From: Sandaracinaceae bacterium
Lineage (GTDB): Bacteria; Myxococcota_A; Polyangia; Polyangiales; Sandaracinaceae
Assembly (NCBI GenBank): GCA_044220955.1
Contig: JBGAQA010000003.1
Coordinates: 124,966-152,860 of the forward strand
Length of the DNA: 27,895 bases
Direction of reading: 5' to 3'
How positions within the stretch are numbered: the stretch's first letter is position 1; each line of letters opens with the position of its first letter. The notes under the pieces are model-generated. The model made no database searches. It was given only the letters and a program-made list of their open reading frames with translations, and was not told the DNA's origin. Shown one piece after another: positions 8,195 to 20,800 of this stretch. Position numbers and translations under genes: made by a program.

Positions 8195-9229
8195 TCAGGG
8201 GCCTTCGGCGATGGCCGCCGGCCACGTCGCGTGCGCAGCATCGACGGAGCGGGCGGAGCCGATCGAGAGGGTCGTGCTCGCGCCGCCAGGGGCGGCCGCG
8301 TACGCGCGCAAGAGCACGCGCGCACCGACGGTCGCGTCATCGACGTAGAGCGGTTCCCAGCTCGCGCTCGTCGTCGCGCAGGACACGGCGCCGCCGAGGC
8401 CGCGCTCGTCCAGGAAGTCGAAGCGTCCTGGCGGAAGCTGAGGCCGTCCCGCACCCTCGACGTACGCGACGAACGGGATGCACCCTGCCGGCGGCGTCAC
8501 GGGCAGGTGCAGCGTCACGAACCCGCCCGCCGTCGTCGCGGACGGCGTGACCTCGAGGATCTCGTCCGAGGGCACGTACCCGCGCCGGCGCAGCACCGTC
8601 TCCATCTCGGCGTGCGCGAGCAGCGCGTCGGCGCTCAGGCCGGTGTCCTCGATCGCCGTGGGTGTGAGCCCAGGCAGCAGCCAGGTGCGCATCGCGACGT
8701 TGCCCGTGCCTTCGACGTGGATCGGGCTCGCCCCGCAGGCCGCGACGGTGAAGGCGCTCGGATCGGGCGAGCGCAGCACCGTCTGCCCGGCGAGCCCCGC
8801 TCCCGTGATCGTGGTGCTCACCTCGCCGATCAGGAGCACGACGCCGCATGCCCCCTCGAGATCGGGCGCCGTCGCGTCGAGCGGCAGGGCCCTTGGCGAC
8901 GTCTCCGCGCTCGCGCCCTGCACGTATCCCCGGTCGCGCAGCACGCCCTCGAGCGCAGCGCGCGCGCCGGCCGGATCCCGTGAGAGCGTCGCGCCGCCCG
9001 TCAGCACCGCGCGCGCGGAGTCGCGCGAGCTCAGCGTCCCGAACGCCGCGGTGGCGCCGCGAAAGGGCTCCACGGACGCGGGGAGGGCGTACGGCGTGAC
9101 GGCCGACCCCGGCGAGCGCATCGACATCGCCACGCTGAACACGGCGCAGATGGCCGCGACGGCGACGACCGCCACGATGGCGAGGCCGATGCTCAGCGGC
9201 CTTTCCTTCGGTGATTCCCCGCGCGCCAC
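8195..9229 (-). CDS. hypothetical membrane-anchored protein
   Basis: N-terminal TM segment (IGLAIVAVVAVAAICAVFSVAM), GAGGA SD before GTG, protein-like composition, fills the gap between genes. Confidence 0.75.
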   Translation of the reverse strand: MARGESPKERPLSIGLAIVAVVAVAAICAVFSVAMSMRSPGSAVTPYALPASVEPFRGATAAFGTLSSRDSARAVLTGGATLSRDPAGARAALEGVLRDRGYVQGASAETSPRALPLDATAPDLEGACGVVLLIGEVSTTITGAGLAGQTVLRSPDPSAFTVAACGASPIHVEGTGNVAMRTWLLPGLTPTAIEDTGLSADALLAHAEMETVLRRRGYVPSDEILEVTPSATTAGGFVTLHLPVTPPAGCIPFVAYVEGAGRPQLPPGRFDFLDERGLGGAVSCATTSASWEPLYVDDATVGARVLLRAYAAAPGGASTTLSIGSARSVDAAHATWPAAIAEGP

Positions 9230-9279
9230 CCGTCCTCGGTCGGGCTCTCATAGCAGGAAACGTGGTATCAGCGCTGCCG

Positions 9280-11226
<1,947 letters not shown>

Positions 11227-11240
11227 GCTGCGTGGTGGGC

Positions 11241-13637
11241 ATGCGTCTGCGCCACGTCGTCGTCCACGGGCACTTCTACCAGCCACCGCGCGAGTCACCC
11301 TGGCTCGAGGTCGTCGAGGAGCAGCCGAGCGCGGCCCCGTTCCACGACTGGAACGAGCGCGTCGCCGCCGAGTGCTACGCGCCCAACGCCGGAGCGCGCA
11401 TCCTCGACGCCAAGGGGCGCGTCGACCGCCTCGTGAACAACTACGCGGCGATCAGCTTCGACGCCGGCCCCACGCTCATGGCCTGGCTGGAGCACGCCGA
11501 ACCGGCGACGTACGCCGCGCTGCTCGACGCCGACCGCGCGTCCGTCGCCGCGCGCGGTCACGGCCTGGCGATGGCCCAGGTCCACGGCCACCTCATCGTC
11601 CCGCTCTGCAACGCGCGCGATCGCCGGACGCAGGTGCGCTGGGGAGCGCGGGACTTCGAGGTCCGCTTCGGGCGGCGGCCGCGCGGCATGTGGCTCGCCG
11701 AGACGGCCGTGGACATCGAGAGCCTCGAGGCGCTCGCCGACGAGGGGATCGCGCTGACCGTGCTGGCGCCGCACCAGTGCGCGCGCGTGCGCCCCAAGGG
11801 CCACCATGCGTGGACCGACGTCGCGAACGGGCGCGTCGATCCCCGGCGCGTCTACGAGGTGAGCCTCCCCTCCGGGCAGAAGATCGCGATCTTCTTCTAC
11901 GACGGCCCCCTCTCGCGGGCGGTCGCCTTCGAGCACGTGCTGAACGACGGGAGGGCGTTCGCCGAGCGCATCGTCGGGACGTTCCACCGCGGCGCGCGCG
12001 AGCCGCAGATCGTCCACCTCGCCACCGACGGGGAGAGCTACGGGCACCATCATCGCCACGGCGAGATGGCGCTCGCGTACGCGCTCGAGCACATCGCGTC
12101 GATCGAGGGGCGCGAGGCGCTCTCGGGGTACGAGGAGTACCTCGCGACGCACCCGCCCACCTGGGAAGCCGAGATCGTGCCCCGCACGAGCTGGAGCTGC
12201 GCGCACGGCGTCGAGCGCTGGCGCAGCGACTGCGGCTGCTCGACCGGCGCGCCGCTTGGTTGGAACCAGGCGTGGCGCAGGCCCCTACGCGAGGCGCTCG
12301 ACGGTCTGCGCGACGCGATCGCGCCGGAGTACGAGCGTGCGGCGGGGGAGTTGCTCCGCGACCCGTGGGCGGCGCGCGACGCCTACGTGGATCTCCTGCT
12401 CGACTCCTCGGAGCCGAGTCGCGCGCGCTTCTTCCGGGCTCACGGTCTCTCCGAGGCGCTCTTCTCGCCCGGGAGCCCCGAGCGCGTGCGCGCTCTCTCG
12501 CTCCTCGAGATGCAGCGCCACGCGATGAGCATGTTCACCTCGTGCGGGTGGTTCTTCAACGACATCAGCGGCATCGAGGGACAGCAGTGCCTCGCCTACG
12601 CAGCGCGCGCACTCGATCTCGCGACCGAGCTCTTCGGCGATCGCTTCCGCGCGCCCTTCCTGGCCAAGCTCGCCGAGGCGCGCAGCAACACCGCGGAGTG
12701 GCGCGACGGACGCCAGGTGTTCGAGCAGCTCGTGGCGCCGCGCGCCGTCTCGCTGCGGGATGCGGCCGCGCACTTCGCGATCACGTCGCTCTTCACGAGC
12801 TACGGCGCGCACGAGGAGCGCTACGGGTTCGACGTGGACTTCGTGGGCGCCGAGCAGCGGAGGGCGGCGCGGGCCCGGATCGGGCTCGGACAGCTCACGC
12901 TGCGGCACGAGCGCACCGAGGCCTCGGTGCACGTCGACTACGCGGTCGTGCATCTGGGCGATCACAACCTGGGCGGGGGCGTGCGCGCCTTCCCTGGGGA
13001 GGCCGCGCATCGTGCGATGCGCGAGGAGGTGAGCGCCGTCTTCGGACGGCTCGACCTGCCCGAGGTCCTGCGTGCGATGGAGCGCCACTTCCCGGGCGGC
13101 GTGTACTCGCTGCGCGGCATCTTCCACGACGAGCAGAGCCGCATCCTCGGGGGCATCCTCGCGGAGACGCTCGACGACGTCGCGAAGGACTACGAGAGCA
13201 TCTACGAGCAGCAGGTGCCGCTGATGCGCTACCTCGCGAGCATCGGACAGCAGCTCCCGCGTGAGTTCGTGGTGGCCGCCGAGATGTCGCTCGCGCGCAC
13301 GCTGGAGCGCGAGATGGGGAAGGGGGAGCGCATCGACCTGGTGGTCGTCGACGCGCTCCTCAAGGAGGCCAAGGACGCCGGCGTCGTGCTCTCGATGCCC
13401 CAGCTCGGACGCGCGCTCGAGCGATCGCTGACGCAGATCGTCGAGCAGCTCGCGCTGGGGGCCGACGAGGAGCTCGAGGCGCTCGCGGTCCGGCTCGCGT
13501 CGCTTGGCACGGTGGGCGCGTTTCCGTTCGATCGCCACCGCGTTCAGAACGCCGTGGTCCGCCTGCGGGATCGCCGTGGGACGCTCACCGAGGCGTTCGC
13601 CCGGCTCTGCGACGCGCTCGGCGTCGCCCGGCGCTGA
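11241..13637 (+). CDS. glycoside hydrolase family 57 protein with DUF3536 domain
   Basis: HGHFYQPPRESPW, HDWNER, GMWLAETA, ATDGESYGHH, SWSCAHGVERW, MFTSCGWFF. Own ATG 14 nt after the glgB stop. Confidence 0.92.
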   Translation: MRLRHVVVHGHFYQPPRESPWLEVVEEQPSAAPFHDWNERVAAECYAPNAGARILDAKGRVDRLVNNYAAISFDAGPTLMAWLEHAEPATYAALLDADRASVAARGHGLAMAQVHGHLIVPLCNARDRRTQVRWGARDFEVRFGRRPRGMWLAETAVDIESLEALADEGIALTVLAPHQCARVRPKGHHAWTDVANGRVDPRRVYEVSLPSGQKIAIFFYDGPLSRAVAFEHVLNDGRAFAERIVGTFHRGAREPQIVHLATDGESYGHHHRHGEMALAYALEHIASIEGREALSGYEEYLATHPPTWEAEIVPRTSWSCAHGVERWRSDCGCSTGAPLGWNQAWRRPLREALDGLRDAIAPEYERAAGELLRDPWAARDAYVDLLLDSSEPSRARFFRAHGLSEALFSPGSPERVRALSLLEMQRHAMSMFTSCGWFFNDISGIEGQQCLAYAARALDLATELFGDRFRAPFLAKLAEARSNTAEWRDGRQVFEQLVAPRAVSLRDAAAHFAITSLFTSYGAHEERYGFDVDFVGAEQRRAARARIGLGQLTLRHERTEASVHVDYAVVHLGDHNLGGGVRAFPGEAAHRAMREEVSAVFGRLDLPEVLRAMERHFPGGVYSLRGIFHDEQSRILGGILAETLDDVAKDYESIYEQQVPLMRYLASIGQQLPREFVVAAEMSLARTLEREMGKGERIDLVVVDALLKEAKDAGVVLSMPQLGRALERSLTQIVEQLALGADEELEALAVRLASLGTVGAFPFDRHRVQNAVVRLRDRRGTLTEAFARLCDALGVARR

Positions 13638-13675
13638 CGGGGCGGTGTACGCTGGCGCGGCGGGGTCGCCCCTTG

Positions 13676-13820
13676 GGGGTCACTCCACACCCATTCAAGC
13701 CATTGGAATGATTGGGTTCCTGCGGCAGGGTGCGCTGTACACAATTCGCGTTTCTGTACAGCGCATCTTGCCGCAGGACCGTCGTGAATTCGATGGGTTG
13801 GATGGGTGTGGAGTGACCCC
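13676..13820. mobile_element. 145-bp imperfect palindrome (70-bp arms, 5-nt loop), candidate MITE / non-autonomous TIR element
   Basis: Gap-free arm alignment: 55 Watson-Crick pairs, 7 G-T, 8 other mismatches. Outer 19 bp perfect. Termini GGGGTCAC/GTGACCCC. 83/145 GC. The palindrome is certain; mobility is inferred. Confidence 0.65.
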
Positions 13821-13850
13821 GGGGGGCGCGTGGACCCCGGGGGGCGCGTG
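13815..13850. repeat. exact 18-bp tandem direct repeat
   Basis: GACCCCGGGGGGCGCGTG at 13815-13832 and 13833-13850. Confidence 0.9.
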
Positions 13851-13901
13851 GGGTCATCGATCTCGCCAGCGCCGTCGCGAGGGCTTGGTCGTCCGCCGTG
13901 C

Positions 13902-17501
<3,600 letters not shown>

Positions 17502-17556
17502 CGGGGGGACCGAGCGTAGCGCGAACGTGGCAGACGCGGGCGCGGAGGTTCGGTAG

Positions 17557-17571
17557 CCTCCAGCCTGGAGG
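17557..17571. promoter_or_regulatory. palindrome overlapping the Shine-Dalgarno of the ROK gene
   Basis: CCTCCAG-C-CTGGAGG; GGAGG at 17567-17571, ATG at 17580. Confidence 0.4.
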
Positions 17572-17579
17572 GACCCCAG

Positions 17580-18284
17580 ATGAGCGTGTCGAAGACCAAG
17601 GCGGGCAGCGCGAAGGCGACGACTCCCGCGGCGCGGATCCTCGTGATCGACGTGGGCGGCACCAACGTGAAGATCGCGATGGGCACCTCGAAGGAGCTGC
17701 TGAAGATCCCGTCCGGATCCGAGATGACGGCCGCGCAGATGGCGCGTGCGGTCAAGGAGGCCGCGGCGAGCTGGGGCTACGAGGCCGTGGCGATCGGCTA
17801 CCCAGGCCCGGTGAAGGACGGTCGTCCTGCGAAGGAGCCCGCGAACCTCGGGGGGGGCTGGGTCCGCTTCGACTACGCGAGGGCGCTCGGCAAACCCGTG
17901 CGGATCATCAACGATGCGGCGCTCCAGGCGCTCGGGGCGTACGAGGGCGGGCGGATGCTCTTCCTGGGCCTCGGCACCGGGCTCGGCTCGGCGCTCATCG
18001 TCGATGGCGCCGTGGCGCCCATGGAGCTTGCACACCTGCCGTATCGCAAGGGCGCCACGTACGAGGACTACGTCGGCCAGCGGGGCCTCGACCGCCTCGG
18101 CAAGAAGAAGTGGACGGCGCACGTCGGCAAGGTCGTCGCGATGCTCCAGCACGGCCTGCAGGCCGACCAGGTGGTGCTCGGTGGCGGCCAGACCAAGCGC
18201 CTGAAGCAGATCCCCGCCGGCGCGCGCGTGGGCACGAACCTCGACGCGATCCGCGGGGGTGTGCGGCTCTGGTCGGAGGGGTGA
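17580..18284 (+). CDS. ROK-family sugar kinase, polyphosphate glucokinase-like
   Basis: IDVGGTNVK, GYPGPV, PANL, INDAALQA, GLGTGLG, ELAH, VLGGG; no Zn-binding CxC motif. Confidence 0.85.
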   Translation: MSVSKTKAGSAKATTPAARILVIDVGGTNVKIAMGTSKELLKIPSGSEMTAAQMARAVKEAAASWGYEAVAIGYPGPVKDGRPAKEPANLGGGWVRFDYARALGKPVRIINDAALQALGAYEGGRMLFLGLGTGLGSALIVDGAVAPMELAHLPYRKGATYEDYVGQRGLDRLGKKKWTAHVGKVVAMLQHGLQADQVVLGGGQTKRLKQIPAGARVGTNLDAIRGGVRLWSEG

Positions 18285-18320
18285 TCCACGGGGGCATCGG
18301 CGAGGCCGCGATCCGTTTTC

Positions 18321-18349
18321 CTGACGCGGGGAAGGCGCCTTCGTAGCAT
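18321..18349 (+). promoter_or_regulatory. putative sigma70 promoter with palindromic operator in the spacer
   Basis: CTGACG-N17-TAGCAT, 7 nt before GTG 18357; the spacer contains the perfect palindrome GAAGGCGCCTTC (18331-18342). Confidence 0.5.
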
Positions 18350-18356
18350 TCGGTCC

Positions 18357-19949
18357 GTGGTGCACGGAGTCCCTCGTTCCGCCGTCGTGCGCGCGCCCGC
18401 GCTGCCACCCGAGCTCGATCGGACGGTGGCCGATTCGCTCGCCGAGCCCTCGGGCGAGGTGATCCCCTTCACGCCTCGGGCGCGGCGCTGTCCGACCTGC
18501 GGGACCGAGCTACCGGGCAGCTTCGTCGTCTGCCCGCACGACGCGACGCCGCTCGGGGTGGCGGCGAGCCGCGAGGACCCGCTGCTCGGAGCGGTCCTCG
18601 GCGGCACGTACCGGCTCGTGCGGGCCATCGGCAAGGGCGGGATGGGCAAGCTCTACGAGGCCGAGCACACTCGCCTCCGGCGGCGGTTCGCGGTCAAGGT
18701 CCTGCACGAGTCGCACGCGGAGAAGGTCGACGCCGTGCGCCGGTTCGAGCGCGAGGCCGAGGCGCTCGCGCGCATCTCGAGCGACCACGTCCTCGACGTC
18801 GTCGACGTGCTGCGTACGCCCGACGACCGCACCGCGATCGTGACGGGCCTGCTCGAGGGCGAGGATCTCCAGCGTCGGCTCGAGCGTGCACGGGTGCTGC
18901 CGCCGTCCGAGGCGATCGAGATCGCGCGCCAGATCTGCCGCGGGCTCTCGGCGGCCCACGCGGTCTCGGTGATCCATCGCGACCTCAAGCCCTCGAACCT
19001 CTTCCTCGCGGCGACGACCGACGGGACGCTGGCGGTGAAGATCCTCGATTTCGGCGTCGCCAAGCTCGCGGACACCTCGGAGGTGACGCGGACGGGCGTC
19101 GTGCTCGGCACACCCGCCTACATGGCGCCCGAGCAGGCGCGCGGGAGCAGCAAGGCCGATGCGCGGAGCGACGTGTACGCCGTGGGCGCCGTGCTCTACA
19201 GGGCGGTCACGGGCCGCATGCCCTACGACGGCAAGGACGTGACGGCGACGCTCTCGCAGCTGCTGCACGAGTCTCCGCCGCGGCCGCGCTCGATCCGCCT
19301 CGACATCCCCATCGCGCTCGAGACCGTCATCCAGCGGGCGATGTCCCGCGATCCAGGCGAGCGCCCTCGCAGCGCGCTCGAGCTCGAGGCGATGCTCGGC
19401 GACATCGCGGGCCAGAGCGTCAAGCCGTCGATCCTCGTGGGCGGGCCTGGACGGGCCGAGCGGGCGCCCGACACGATGGTGCTCGGCCGCGGCGACGTGG
19501 CACGGGCGACGGAGATCGAACGAGAGGCGCGCAGCGCGCGACCGCGTGCACTGCGGCTGGGCGCGCTCGCGACGATGCTCGCGGCGTGCGCCGGAGCGCT
19601 CGCGTTCCGCGCGCCCGTGGCAATGGTCGCGGGCAGGGGCGGCGGCCACGACGAGCTCGCGCTGGCGCTCGCCATCGTGGGCGCAGTCGCCGCGGCGGCG
19701 GGCGCGGTCACGGCGCTCGTCCGTACCCTCCGCCCGCGCTGGTCGAGCGCGCCCGAGGTCGACCGTGCGCGTGAGGCGCTCGGTGCGATGACGCGCCGTG
19801 GCCTCGGCGCGTTCGGTCTCGCCCTCGCGCTCCCGCTCGCGCTCGCGGCGCTCGAGATCGTGCCGGCGCCGTCCTCCGCGCTGCTCGCGCTGGTCGGCGT
19901 GGTCACGAGCGTCGTCGCCGCCATACTCCCGGTCGCCGCGCGGAGCTGA
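18357..19949 (+). CDS. Hanks-type Ser/Thr protein kinase with N-terminal Zn-ribbon and C-terminal membrane helices
   Basis: CPTC...CPHD, IGKGGMG, AVKVL, HRDLKPSN, KILDFG, GTPAYMAPEQ, SDVYAVG; 3-4 hydrophobic C-terminal segments. Confidence 0.93.
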   Translation: MVHGVPRSAVVRAPALPPELDRTVADSLAEPSGEVIPFTPRARRCPTCGTELPGSFVVCPHDATPLGVAASREDPLLGAVLGGTYRLVRAIGKGGMGKLYEAEHTRLRRRFAVKVLHESHAEKVDAVRRFEREAEALARISSDHVLDVVDVLRTPDDRTAIVTGLLEGEDLQRRLERARVLPPSEAIEIARQICRGLSAAHAVSVIHRDLKPSNLFLAATTDGTLAVKILDFGVAKLADTSEVTRTGVVLGTPAYMAPEQARGSSKADARSDVYAVGAVLYRAVTGRMPYDGKDVTATLSQLLHESPPRPRSIRLDIPIALETVIQRAMSRDPGERPRSALELEAMLGDIAGQSVKPSILVGGPGRAERAPDTMVLGRGDVARATEIEREARSARPRALRLGALATMLAACAGALAFRAPVAMVAGRGGGHDELALALAIVGAVAAAAGAVTALVRTLRPRWSSAPEVDRAREALGAMTRRGLGAFGLALALPLALAALEIVPAPSSALLALVGVVTSVVAAILPVAARS

Positions 19950-19959
19950 CGCGTCCCCG

Positions 19960-20670
19960 TCAGCCGCGAGCGCGCAGTGCCGCCTCGAGCTCCGCGACCC
20001 GCGCCTCCGCGGCTGCGGCGCGCGCACGCTCGGCGTCGGCCTTGGCCCGCTCGGCCTCTGCCTCGGTCGGCAGCGCCCGCCCCTCGACGTCGAACCATCG
20101 GAGCCAGGTCCCGGTCTCGCCGAGATACGTCCCGGGTCCGAGCCCGAGCGTCAGCCCCATCGTCCCGATCGGAAGGCGGCCCTGCGCGTCCGCGGCCAGC
20201 GGCACGTAGCGTCCGCGCACGAGCTCGAAGCCCTCGAGGATCTCCGTCTCGGGATCGAACAGGACGTAGTGCCCGGTGCGCCAGACGCGCTCGTAGACGC
20301 GCTTCTTCTCGCCGCGGTCGACGTCCGCCGTGGACGGCGAGAGCAGCTCGACCACGACGTGCGGCAGCCGCCCGCCTTCTTGCCACGCGACCCAGCTCTT
20401 GCGCACCTTGTGCCGGTCGGTGTCGAGCACCACGAAGACATCGGGCCCCCGGAAATGCTCGCCCTTGGACTGCAGCTCGGAGAAGTACACGAACATGTTT
20501 CCGCCGACGTAGTAGTCGTCGCGGTCCATCCACGCGACCGTCAGCGACTCGATGAGCAGGTTCATCTGCGCCCGATGTCGCGGCGTGTCCATCGGCTCCC
20601 CGTCCTCCGAGGGCAGCTCGTCCTGTCCCGGCGGAGGCGGAGGCGGATAGGGATCTCGCAGGAGGTCCAT
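19960..20670 (-). CDS. Uma2/DUF820-family PD-(D/E)XK endonuclease-fold protein
   Basis: LPSEDGEPMDTPRH, GNMFVYF, GPDVFVV, SWVAWQEG, VVELLSPST..D..EK, YVLFDP, C-terminal Ala/Glu/Arg coiled coil. Alternative start at 20679. Confidence 0.9.
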   Translation of the reverse strand: MDLLRDPYPPPPPPGQDELPSEDGEPMDTPRHRAQMNLLIESLTVAWMDRDDYYVGGNMFVYFSELQSKGEHFRGPDVFVVLDTDRHKVRKSWVAWQEGGRLPHVVVELLSPSTADVDRGEKKRVYERVWRTGHYVLFDPETEILEGFELVRGRYVPLAADAQGRLPIGTMGLTLGLGPGTYLGETGTWLRWFDVEGRALPTEAEAERAKADAERARAAAAEARVAELEAALRARG

Positions 20671-20778
20671 CGCTTCCATCGTGCCACGGGGTGCGCCCAC
20701 GCGCGACGGCGCAGCACGCGGTGATCCACGTGCGATCAGCGTGATTCGCGTGGTTTCTCGATGGGGGCTGGCGTGAGC

Positions 20779-20795
20779 GGCGGCGGGCCGCCGCC
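20779..20795 (-). terminator. GC hairpin just after the SNF2 stop
   Basis: GGCGGCGG-G-CCGCCGCC 5 nt past the stop; no U-tract. Confidence 0.35.
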
Positions 20796-20800
20796 ACCCT

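Noticed and set aside
13676..13820. Palindrome as CRISPR repeat, attC site, intrinsic terminator or small gene
   Set aside because: No repeat-spacer array, no RYYYAAC/GTTRRRY ends or extrahelical bases, no U-tract. One frame is open on each strand but with no convincing start, which is unremarkable over 48 codons.
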